Shown in pieces: positions 49,666-58,861 of a DNA stretch of 64,000 nt. Each line of letters begins with the position of its first letter. Position 1 is the first letter of the stretch. The notes beneath the pieces were generated by a model. That model saw only the letters and a program-made list of their open reading frames with translations, was not told the origin of the DNA and searched no databases. Both the position numbers and the translations under genes were made by a program. The stretch lies in the sequence record DRR723986_16857. The stretch is one strand, 5' to 3'.

Positions 49666-50385
49666 GTGCTTGTACTATCTCGAAAAGTCGGTGAAGCAAT
49701 AGCTTTCCCTGCTCTGGATATCACGGTCAGAATTGCGCAAGTCAATGGAAAGTGCATTTCGCTAGGGATCGATGCGCCGAAAGATGTGCGGGTGCTGAGG
49801 CAAGAGCTTGTGCCGCACCTAGAGAAAACCTGCAAGGCGACGCTGGGGAATGTGCCGCACGAGTTGCGAAACAAGCTGAACACGATTGGGCTGGCACTGC
49901 ATGTTCTGCTGCAACAAATGGAACGCCAATTAGGGGCCGACGAAGCGCTTGTCCAGAGCGCGCTGGATGCATTTCACTCAATCAATGCACTGTTGACCGA
50001 AAAGAGCACTCGCCCCAAGAAGGTGCTCTTGGTTGAAGACAATCAAAATGAGTCTAGTCTCCTGGCCGCTCTGTTGCGTCAGGCCGGAATCGACGTCGCT
50101 ACGATGCGCAGCGGGGAAGCCGCGATAGACTATCTCCGCAGTGAGTCTCAGACGCCCAGCGTTGTTTTGTTAGACATGAAAATGCCAGGCATGGGCGGCG
50201 CGAAGACGTTGGAAATCATCCGGAAGAACAAGCGGTTTCGAGATTTGCGGGTCTTCGGAGTTAGCGGAACGTCTGCAGAGGATGCTGGCGTCACCGTCGG
50301 GGCCCGTGGTGCGAATCGCTGGTTCATGAAGCCAGTTGCACCAGACAAGCTGCTTGAATCGATCAATCGAGACATTGCTGCCTAA
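49666..50385 (+). CDS. CsrA-like domain, H-box-like helix and receiver domain fusion
   Basis: AAGGAG RBS plus GTG; MLVLSRKVGEAI...LGIDAPKDVRVLRQE, HELRNKLN, LLVED...LLDMKMP...MKP. Confidence 0.85.
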   Translation: MLVLSRKVGEAIAFPALDITVRIAQVNGKCISLGIDAPKDVRVLRQELVPHLEKTCKATLGNVPHELRNKLNTIGLALHVLLQQMERQLGADEALVQSALDAFHSINALLTEKSTRPKKVLLVEDNQNESSLLAALLRQAGIDVATMRSGEAAIDYLRSESQTPSVVLLDMKMPGMGGAKTLEIIRKNKRFRDLRVFGVSGTSAEDAGVTVGARGANRWFMKPVAPDKLLESINRDIAA

Positions 50386-50418
50386 CGCGGCGCTCCAGGT
50401 AAAGCTGTTTGACTTGAA

Positions 50419-52572
50419 CTAGGGATGGTGTTGAGGTGTCAAGTGAGAAGGCAGCTCCGAGGCGCTGACGACAACAATCGGCTCTGAAGGGGCACGACTG
50501 CTGGTTGCTTCTTCGGCCAGCAGAAGCTCGACCGTAAAGACAGATCCCCGACCTTCGGCGCCAGCATCCACCCAAATCTTTCCATCGAAGCGTTCAATGA
50601 TTCTCTTGCAAATGGCCAGGCCAATTCCGTTTCCGGTGTACTCGCCGCGGCCATGCAATCGTTTGAAGATTCCAAAGACGCGTTGGCGGTAGGCGGGGTC
50701 GATACCGATGCCGTTGTCAGCGAATTTGATTTGCAATCGATCGCCAGCAGCGTGCGACGATATCCGAATTTCGGGCTCGCCAGTGCAATACTTGATGGCG
50801 TTGGATATCAGGTTACTGAACACTTGCGTCAGTTGGAATTGATCAGCCATGACGAATGGCAGGTCGTCGAAGTGCACTTTAGCACCCGATGATTCAATCG
50901 TTAGTTCAAGATCATTGAGCGCATCGTCAAGCGAGGCTGCAGCGTTTGTGACGGTCGCCAGATTTCCATCTGATTCGACTCGCGAGAATGCAAGTAGGTC
51001 TTGGATGAGTGTTCGCATGCGTTGGGCGGCGTCGACGATGTGTTCCATAAACATCTGGCCATCTTCCGTAACCTGTCCACGCACCTCCTCACGCAGCAGG
51101 TTCGCAAATGAAAGTGTCTTGCGAAGTGGTTCTTGCAGGTCATGCGATGCGATGTACGCGAACTGGGCAAGTTCTTCATTGCTCCGCTCCAGTTCGGTGT
51201 TGGTTCTTCTAAGCTGTTGTTCCGCTTCGATACGTTCGGAGATATCGACGTGAACACCGATCATGTGAGTTGGCGAACCCTCAGACCATTTCGTGACGCG
51301 ACCTCTGGAGAGAATCCAGCGGTAGCTGCCATCTTTGTGTCTCAGACGAAACGTAACGTCGTATACTGGCGTGTTGCCCGAGAAACATTCTTCGACGGCA
51401 GTCTGGGTTTCGGTGCGATCGTCGGGATGCAGTCGTGCTATGAACGTATCGTAGGAGTCGAAAGCCGTCACCTCACCGACTTGGGCGGACAACTCCTCGG
51501 AAACGTAGACTGTGTTTTCGATCACGTCCCAGCTCCACAGGCCAATGTTCCCGCCGGTAAGTGCTAATTGCAATCGATCCTTAGTAAGCTGCAATTCGTC
51601 GCGGGATACTGTGGTTTCCGATAGGTCTTGGAGCATGCGGTTGAACGAAAATGCCAACTGCTGAAATTCGACTGGTCCGTTTACTGTTAGTCGCTGCGAA
51701 AGGCCCTTCTGATCCTCGATGCGGCCAATCTGGGCAATCATGCTGGCAAGCGGGTTTGTGATCAGGCGTGAGCAGTAAAGGATTGTGCCGCCCAGGGCTG
51801 CGAAGCTGCAGAGGAACATGAAGACCAGGAACATGTCAGTGCTTCGAAGCGCCGCGAAGGCTGTGGCACGCAATTCTCCTTGCTGCAATACCAGCTCCAC
51901 GGGCCCTTGCGTGCTCGAATCGGCGACCAGCCAATCGTGGGCGTTATTCTCGGATGGTCTGTCACTGTAGAGCAACACTCCGTCTTGATAAACCTGCAAG
52001 CGTTTTGATTGATCTGAATTGCGGAACCGATGAAGGAACTCATGCGTATCATATTTGGCCGCCAGTACACCCTCTGTGCTGGCATTGTTCGACGAACGAA
52101 ACCGAATCGGGCAGGCGACCAGAATCGATTGACCGGTGACTTCTGCAACGGTGCGCCCCTCAGAGAGGGCATCCATATGTGGACCGATATCAATTGAAAC
52201 GGTACCAGAGTTCGAAGCCAGGGGGCGGCCAGCGTAGTCGAACATCGCAATGCTACGAAACGCTGAATTTGGCAGCCGCAGTGTTCGGAAGAATGGAGGC
52301 AATTGCGTTCGACGTTGCTCGCGGCTAATCAACGCTTGGACAATCATATGGTTGTCTGCAAGTGCGCGAACGTAATCGACCAAGTCGTCGAGTTCACGTG
52401 CAACTTGGCCAGCAGTGAGCGCACTGGCCATGCGGATTCTGGTTTCAGCCTGATGCTCAAGGACTCGGGCAGCGAAGAATCGCGAGGCGAGTAACAGTAC
52501 AAGCAACGCCAGCGCAGTCGCCGGAACTACTCGACGAAGTATTAGCCCTCCAACGGTTCGCCCTTTGGTCAT
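50419..52572 (-). CDS. Membrane sensor histidine kinase (periplasmic sensor, HAMP, PAS, HisKA, HATPase)
   Basis: Two TMs, HPDD/FRLRHKDG PAS, ASHDLQEPLR, NLISNAIKY, DNGIG, GIGLA. Confidence 0.95.
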   Translation of the reverse strand: MTKGRTVGGLILRRVVPATALALLVLLLASRFFAARVLEHQAETRIRMASALTAGQVARELDDLVDYVRALADNHMIVQALISREQRRTQLPPFFRTLRLPNSAFRSIAMFDYAGRPLASNSGTVSIDIGPHMDALSEGRTVAEVTGQSILVACPIRFRSSNNASTEGVLAAKYDTHEFLHRFRNSDQSKRLQVYQDGVLLYSDRPSENNAHDWLVADSSTQGPVELVLQQGELRATAFAALRSTDMFLVFMFLCSFAALGGTILYCSRLITNPLASMIAQIGRIEDQKGLSQRLTVNGPVEFQQLAFSFNRMLQDLSETTVSRDELQLTKDRLQLALTGGNIGLWSWDVIENTVYVSEELSAQVGEVTAFDSYDTFIARLHPDDRTETQTAVEECFSGNTPVYDVTFRLRHKDGSYRWILSRGRVTKWSEGSPTHMIGVHVDISERIEAEQQLRRTNTELERSNEELAQFAYIASHDLQEPLRKTLSFANLLREEVRGQVTEDGQMFMEHIVDAAQRMRTLIQDLLAFSRVESDGNLATVTNAAASLDDALNDLELTIESSGAKVHFDDLPFVMADQFQLTQVFSNLISNAIKYCTGEPEIRISSHAAGDRLQIKFADNGIGIDPAYRQRVFGIFKRLHGRGEYTGNGIGLAICKRIIERFDGKIWVDAGAEGRGSVFTVELLLAEEATSSRAPSEPIVVVSASELPSHLTPQHHP

Positions 52573-53981
52573 TGCACCCGGCCCTCAGTGGCGTTGATTG
52601 GCAGTGGGCTCACTATTTGCTTGGAAGGTACTGCCATTCCGTCGGCTGTAAATCGCATCAGGCGGAAGTCGGTGACGTCTAGGGCATCGTGGTCCGCAGG
52701 CGAGAATGGCTGGTGATACTGCTTGACGACGCCCTCGTGGAATTGAAGCTGCTCCAATGCGAGCCGTACTTCCGGACGATTCAGCGAGTTGCAGTTGCGT
52801 ACTGCTGCGGCGAGCAATTGCACAAGATCGTAGGCGTGTGCTGTACCGAAGGGCGCAGAGATACGTTTAGTCTCTTGAGTGCCGTATTTGTCGCAGTACT
52901 GTTGGCCTAGCAGGATGGCTTCGGGGCGGTCATTTTCAAAGAAAGTAAACGTTTGTAGGAATCGGAGGTCAACTTTCTTAAGTGCATTCTGCGTCGATTC
53001 TTGGAATTCGCCGCCGAGGATTCCCCAGTGCGAGAAGAACGGAATTCTGTCTTCGTCTGGCAGTGAGGCCATTTCTTTGACCGCGGCCGCCCCTTCGGGA
53101 GAGTTTGCGACCAAAATAACAGCTTCAGTCTCGGCTAGACGCAAGTGTTCAAGCTGGTCGGCAAACGAGCGATGGTTCCAGTCGAACCAGGCGGTTGCTG
53201 AAGGCGTTAGTCCGCGTTCCGCTAACGCGCTGTGGATTGCTTTTTCATTCGATTTTCCCCAACCGGTCTGTTCTAGCAGCATGCCGATTCGATCAAATCC
53301 ACACTTCACAGCACTATCGACCAAGAACTCGCCCGCATATTCATCTCTGACTGAGACGCGAAAGACAAAATTGGGAGAGTAGCCATTGGTGACGACTGGC
53401 GTTCCTGCTGCCCAGGGTCCTAGGTAGATAAGCTCGTGTTGATGAATGACGGGGAGTTCTTCGATGGCAACCGGGGTGTGCACTCCGCCGACAACCGCGA
53501 GCGTATTGGGCAGCTCAGCGAACATCTCGATGTTATCGATCCCCCGTCGAGGATTCCCGTGGTGGTCACGAACGATGATTTCCACCGGCCGTCCCAGCAG
53601 CCCTCCGCGGCGATTGATATCTTCAACTGCTAATTCAACACCGCGCAAAATCGAACGACCGCCGGTCGCAGAATTGTGTGAAAAATCGGCGTCGACGCCT
53701 AAAATAACGCTGCCCGGATCTGGCCGCTGCGTTGCAGAAGATATGTTGGACTTCGATGGATTTTGCGGTGTGACTTTGGTAAGCCGTACTGCGTGCCGCT
53801 TTGGCACCGAAGCAGAAGTTTGCTCATGCGATCGGAGCTTGTCCTGAGCGAATCTCTGGCCACATCCAGATAGAAGGATCAAGGAGCAGGCAGCGAACAG
53901 AAGGCCTGAAAGCGGTGCCACTTGCCCAATCAAGTAGCCCGGCACGGGCGTGGACTTGGATGGGAGGTTTGAAGCATTCAT
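52569..53981 (-). CDS. LivK-like periplasmic substrate-binding lipoprotein
   Basis: LSGC lipobox, INRRGGLLGRPVE, FRVS, AHAYD; ATGA overlap with the kinase gene. Confidence 0.85.
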   Translation of the reverse strand: MNASNLPSKSTPVPGYLIGQVAPLSGLLFAACSLILLSGCGQRFAQDKLRSHEQTSASVPKRHAVRLTKVTPQNPSKSNISSATQRPDPGSVILGVDADFSHNSATGGRSILRGVELAVEDINRRGGLLGRPVEIIVRDHHGNPRRGIDNIEMFAELPNTLAVVGGVHTPVAIEELPVIHQHELIYLGPWAAGTPVVTNGYSPNFVFRVSVRDEYAGEFLVDSAVKCGFDRIGMLLEQTGWGKSNEKAIHSALAERGLTPSATAWFDWNHRSFADQLEHLRLAETEAVILVANSPEGAAAVKEMASLPDEDRIPFFSHWGILGGEFQESTQNALKKVDLRFLQTFTFFENDRPEAILLGQQYCDKYGTQETKRISAPFGTAHAYDLVQLLAAAVRNCNSLNRPEVRLALEQLQFHEGVVKQYHQPFSPADHDALDVTDFRLMRFTADGMAVPSKQIVSPLPINATEGRVQ

Positions 53982-54278
53982 CGTGCAACCAGGCGACTAC
54001 CGATGCGATCCAGCGATTCGCTTCCGGAGCACTGCGGCATACCGCTGACTAGGGGGTTGGTAATGTGGCGTGACAGCGAAGGTCGTAGATTTACTCGGAA
54101 GCATAGCCCGCCAAATGCCAGCGAATGCTCAAATTTCCTACCCCCTACGGAGGGATTGCTTCCACATGCGCCGATTTTGTCACCGCGACACAGCTCCAGA
54201 GACTGGACTCGTACGGAAAATAGTAAAGCACGACGTGTTTGCGTCGGGTGAAGTGATTCGATAGGCGGAAGTGCTGCA

Positions 54279-54692
54279 ATGAGTGATCAGAAGATCTTGA
54301 TAGTTGATGATGACAGCGCGGACCGCTTCCTGCTTCGTCGTCTACTGACGCGAGCTGGAGTCTCGGCTGAATTCGAAGAATGCCTCGACGGTGAACTGGC
54401 TCTCGAGTACTTCAGAGCGACGGCGGAAGATTCCCTACCAGATCTGGTGCTGCTGGACATCAATATGCCCAGAATGAACGGGATCGAGTTCCTGCAGCAC
54501 TATGCAGAACTCCTGAAGGAGTCGCCGCAGCGGAGCGTACCGATCATTGCTATGCTGACTTCTGTATCGCGAAGCGACGAAGAGCAGTGTTTGTCTTACG
54601 ACTTCGTGGTAGGTCAAGCTACGAAACTGCACGAGAAGACAGATTTGCTGGTCGAACAAATCCGCCAAGTCATCGGCGACGAACTTAAGTAG
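54279..54692 (+). CDS. Single-domain response regulator
   Basis: LIVDDD, PDLVLLDINMPRMNG, MLTS. Confidence 0.9.
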   Translation: MSDQKILIVDDDSADRFLLRRLLTRAGVSAEFEECLDGELALEYFRATAEDSLPDLVLLDINMPRMNGIEFLQHYAELLKESPQRSVPIIAMLTSVSRSDEEQCLSYDFVVGQATKLHEKTDLLVEQIRQVIGDELK

Positions 54693-54713
54693 CAGTTGAG
54701 CCCGAAGGAGCTT

Positions 54714-56507
54714 TTACTGCGAATCTTTTGCGGCCGCTGGTGGTGTTTCGACTTCGATGTGCAGTTCGTGCAACTGTTTGGTCTCCACGTCGCCAGGCGC
54801 ACCGGTCATTAGGTCCATCGCGCGTTGGGTTTTCGGGAATGCGATGCAGTCGCGGATGTTGTCCAGCCCGCCGAAGATCATGACGACACGATCAATTCCC
54901 AGGGCAATCCCGCCATGCGGAGGCGCGCCGTATCGTAGCGCATCAAGCAAGAAACCGAATCGATCTTCGGCCATCTCTGGTGTAATGCCTAGCAAATCAA
55001 AAACGGTTTGTTGGGTTTCAGGATCATGGATCCGAGTCGTCCCACCGCCGGCCTCATAGCCGTTGATCACCAAGTCGTAGGCCTGTGCCCTGCACTTCTC
55101 CGGATTCGACGTTAACAACTCAAGGTCTTGGGGACGCGGTGCAGTGAACGGATGGTGCATCGCAACCCATCGATCCTCTTCTTCGTCCTTTTCGAACATC
55201 GGGAACTCAACAACCCAGGAGAAGTGTAGCTCGTTGGGGTCATAAAGCTTAAGTTCTGCAGCAAGGCGACGCCGTAAGCCATTGAGTCCGCGGCATGTCA
55301 CTAGCCAAGAATCGGCAAGCAAGAGTAACAAGTCGCCAGGCTTGGCATCGAACTTCTGCGCGAAGCCGTCTAGAACGGGTTGTTCTAGGTTCTTGCTGAT
55401 TGGCGACCAGAGCGACCCATCCTCTTCGACGCGGAACCAAGCAAGTCCTTTGGCTCCGAAGTCATTCTTCATGTACTCGGTTAACTCATCGATGCGTCGA
55501 CGTGAAAACTCTTCCGCCCGCCCGTCGACTTTAATGCCGCGGACAAAACCACCGCCGTCGACCGCTCCGCGGAATACGCGAAACTCCGTCTGCTTGGCAA
55601 GGTCGCTGCAGTCGACAATTTCCATGCCGTACCGGAGATCTGGGCAGTCGCTGCCAAACCGACGCATGGCTTCGTCATAAGTCATACGTGGCAAAGGCGT
55701 CTGTATGTCCAGGTCTCGCAGGTCCTTGGCCAGCTTCGTTACCAGACCATCAATCATGCTCATCACATCGTCGGCATCGACGAAGGACATCTCCATGTCC
55801 AACTGCGTGAACTCTGGCTGACGATCGGCCCGCAGATCTTCGTCTCGGAAGCACCGGGCGACTTGGACATATCGGTCGAAGCCAGCGACCATCAAGATTT
55901 GTTTGTACAACTGCGGCGACTGCGGCAGAGCAAAGAATTGCCCCCAGTGGACGCGGCTGGGCACCAGGTAGTCGCGTGCACCTTCGGGTGTACTTCTGCC
56001 AAGGATGGGGGTTTCGACATCGACGAATTTATTGTCCGCAAAGTAGTCCCGCATCAACTTGATGATCTGACTACGTAGAACCATCGTGGATTGCATCGAC
56101 TCGCGTCGTAGGTCGATGAATCGATGCCGCAGTCGCAGGTCTTCCCCGGGGAGCTCTTCTTGGTTTGGGAAAAACGGCGGCGTCTTGCAACGGTTCAGCA
56201 GTTCGACGTTTGTGGCGCGAATTTCTATCTCGCCGGTCGGCAGTTTCGAGTTGTCTTTTCCGACCAAGCGGAGGCTCACGACTCCTTCGATTTTTGCAAC
56301 GTCTTCGCTGCGCAGACGCTTGGCGACCTCAAGGTTCTCTGCGCCACAGTCGGGATTTACCACGACTTGAGTCTTGCCGTAGCGGTCGCGCAGGTCCAGA
56401 AAAATCGTCCCTCCGTGGTCGCGGGATTTGTCCACCCAACCGCAAAGTGTCACAACTTCATCGACATTGGAGCTGCGGAGTTCACCGCAGGTGTGCGAGC
56501 GTAGCAA
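54714..56507 (-). CDS. aspS: Aspartate--tRNA ligase, probably non-discriminating (Asp/Asn)
   Basis: RSHTCG, RDHGG (His typical of ND-AspRS), TPEGARDY, LPQSPQ, FRDEDLRADRQPEF, PPHGG; TTG start. Confidence 0.97.
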   Translation of the reverse strand: MLRSHTCGELRSSNVDEVVTLCGWVDKSRDHGGTIFLDLRDRYGKTQVVVNPDCGAENLEVAKRLRSEDVAKIEGVVSLRLVGKDNSKLPTGEIEIRATNVELLNRCKTPPFFPNQEELPGEDLRLRHRFIDLRRESMQSTMVLRSQIIKLMRDYFADNKFVDVETPILGRSTPEGARDYLVPSRVHWGQFFALPQSPQLYKQILMVAGFDRYVQVARCFRDEDLRADRQPEFTQLDMEMSFVDADDVMSMIDGLVTKLAKDLRDLDIQTPLPRMTYDEAMRRFGSDCPDLRYGMEIVDCSDLAKQTEFRVFRGAVDGGGFVRGIKVDGRAEEFSRRRIDELTEYMKNDFGAKGLAWFRVEEDGSLWSPISKNLEQPVLDGFAQKFDAKPGDLLLLLADSWLVTCRGLNGLRRRLAAELKLYDPNELHFSWVVEFPMFEKDEEEDRWVAMHHPFTAPRPQDLELLTSNPEKCRAQAYDLVINGYEAGGGTTRIHDPETQQTVFDLLGITPEMAEDRFGFLLDALRYGAPPHGGIALGIDRVVMIFGGLDNIRDCIAFPKTQRAMDLMTGAPGDVETKQLHELHIEVETPPAAAKDSQ

Positions 56508-56889
56508 GGTACTAGTTCCGTAAATGTTTCGTTCGAGTTTAGCGTGGGGCCGAGGCCTCGCCGGCTCATCGCTTCAGCAATGCACGTCTGAAACGATCGA
56601 CCGTTGAGCCCTGTTTCGCCCGGGGCCTGCAAGCAGGTGTGGAAATCGCATTCCTCAGAAAGCTTTGCTCTCGGAGGGGCGAAAGTGAATGGCGTGACGC
56701 GAGCAATCGAGCCCAATTCTAGTGAGACGAGCGCAATCGGCTAGTACTTGTAGCAGAACGCAAGATTGGCCGGACTGGCGGCAGAGCAAGCTTGAAAGCA
56801 AGTCTGGTGCAAGGTAACTGCAGCAGACTGTGTCCGGTTAGCAGAATTTGCAGTGAGCACAATGAATTGGAGACTAGGAAGAACTGAGT

Positions 56890-58185
56890 CTATGAGGACT
56901 GCTTCCGCCGTTTAGCATTGAATTCCGCTGCGGCAGGAGGAGCTGCACCGGATGCTGGGACGGGTTCTCCCAGTTGCTTCTTTATTTGAAGCTCGAGAGC
57001 GTCAATCTCTTTCATCAGTTCGGACTGCTCGCCCTCGGGGAGCCTGCTTGGCGAAGCTGGCGCAGTTCCAGGCCGAGCTGCCTGCGTGGCGTCGCCTTGT
57101 GCAGGAGGGCGACTTTGAGGGATTAATTGCTGAGCACCTCCCGGAACCGGCTGGGGACGTACCGCAGCGGGAGTGGAGTGCATTTGCCTACCGGGTGCGG
57201 ACGCTGAAGTCTGGACGCCAGCCCCAGTCGAGCCCGTTTGGTGTGCAACGGCTGGAACAACTCGATTCTGCAACAACGCGGCAAATCCGAATAACTCTTG
57301 TATAAGCGGCAGTTCTCGCTCGCTGATCGCTGGCGACCGAGCGGGGCCATGGGCGGTGACGGCGTAGCGAATCAACGGCGGATCTGAGGTGCCATCGGTT
57401 TGCAAGTACTTGCGGATCTGCTCCAGATTTCGCTCGGTGATCTGGGACGCTTTTTCGCCATAAGGGTGGATCAACTGCAAATCTGTCTTGGTGCGGTATC
57501 CGTGACAAGCCGCCTGGGAGCACCGATTCTTGAGGATTGGCTGAATTGTCCGCGTGAATTCTCGCAAGACTGCTGGAGAGCTCGCTACCGAATCTGCCGT
57601 TGCCGAAGCTGGCTGGACGGCTTCAGAGTCAACTTCTTTCGGTGTTCTTTGGGCTAAGCGTGTTGGTTTAGGCGGTTCAGCGATGCCAAGGAATCTGCGA
57701 AAGCCTTCATCGTCGAGCATCCCTTCCTTCAGCTCGATTCCCAGTTGTCGCACGCTCGGATGCTTGGGGTGCAGGTCGGAGACGATGGTGTAGTGCTCGA
57801 TGGCTTGTGAAATTAGGCCATGCTGGATGCACCATCGCGACATCTGGAAGTGGTCTCCGGCTCCCCAGTGAATCACGCGGTTGGCTCGATAGTCGTAGAC
57901 TTCCTCGATCGTTTCGCCTATGAACAGCACTTGTTGCTTGGGCACCCACAGGCTCGAACGTTCGGCGAGACGCACTTCATAGCGGGCTCCGTCCTCGATG
58001 ACCTGCCCTTTTTGAACGCGTTCACTGCCATTGGAGGCACGGACAAGGACAAAGGAGGTGCCCTCGCCCGACATGCCGTTGGCGCGTACCGCGGCTGAAT
58101 CGCCCGTTGAAGCGGTTTGCGATAGCGCAGGAGTGACTGCGGCGGTCCAGAGTAGTAACGCTTTGGCTATGTTTTTGCAGTTCAT
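56890..58185 (-). CDS. Secreted hypothetical protein with CX4CH motif
   Basis: Signal peptide; IQPILKNRCSQAACHG; Pro/Ala-rich C-terminus. Confidence 0.7.
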   Translation of the reverse strand: MNCKNIAKALLLWTAAVTPALSQTASTGDSAAVRANGMSGEGTSFVLVRASNGSERVQKGQVIEDGARYEVRLAERSSLWVPKQQVLFIGETIEEVYDYRANRVIHWGAGDHFQMSRWCIQHGLISQAIEHYTIVSDLHPKHPSVRQLGIELKEGMLDDEGFRRFLGIAEPPKPTRLAQRTPKEVDSEAVQPASATADSVASSPAVLREFTRTIQPILKNRCSQAACHGYRTKTDLQLIHPYGEKASQITERNLEQIRKYLQTDGTSDPPLIRYAVTAHGPARSPAISERELPLIQELFGFAALLQNRVVPAVAHQTGSTGAGVQTSASAPGRQMHSTPAAVRPQPVPGGAQQLIPQSRPPAQGDATQAARPGTAPASPSRLPEGEQSELMKEIDALELQIKKQLGEPVPASGAAPPAAAEFNAKRRKQSS

Positions 58186-58376
58186 GGGGCTGACAGTAGG
58201 TTCTGTGAGCCTCGTGAGTCAAGATCAGCCGCTTTGAAGGGCATTTTCGCGATTCCATTGCTTAGGTCGCGATATTAAAGCTCGCCATAGTCAAGTTCCC
58301 GCCTAAGCAATGGCGACTGGCAGCTTCGTGAAGATTCGGCAGGATTGAGCGCGGGAGCGACTAAGGCAAACTAAGA

Positions 58377-58682
58377 ATGACCGATCCAACCTCCAAAGAA
58401 GAACTCCGCGTGATTTTCGAAGGCCGCGTCCAGGGCGTTGGTTTTCGCGCAACCGTGCACGAGCTCGCCGACGAGTTTGACGTCAGCGGATGGGTTGCTA
58501 ACGCGGGTGACGGCACAGTTCACATGACGGCCCAAGGGGCTCCGAAGGAACTTCGGCAGTTCATTGAGCGGATTCTCGAGGTTCGCAGGCGCTACGTGGT
58601 GAACCATCGTCAGCAGTGGCAAAGGGAAACGGTGAAGATGCGAGGCTTCGAAATCCGTCCTGACATCATGAATTGCCGATAA
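58377..58682 (+). CDS. acyP: Acylphosphatase
   Basis: GRVQGVGFR and GWVAN..DGTV. Confidence 0.92.
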   Translation: MTDPTSKEELRVIFEGRVQGVGFRATVHELADEFDVSGWVANAGDGTVHMTAQGAPKELRQFIERILEVRRRYVVNHRQQWQRETVKMRGFEIRPDIMNCR

Positions 58683-58861
58683 TTCAACCGCTTTTCCGGC
58701 GGCAGTCGCTACTGAATACTTTTGGGCATAATCTCGGCAGGAGAGGCAAACTTTCGATGGGATGGCTGCGTACCACTGGGACGTAGATATGCGCTGACGT
58801 GGAACTGACAGTGAACCACCGCTCAGCTTCGTTTGACCCAACCATTTACTGAGTTCCATCG

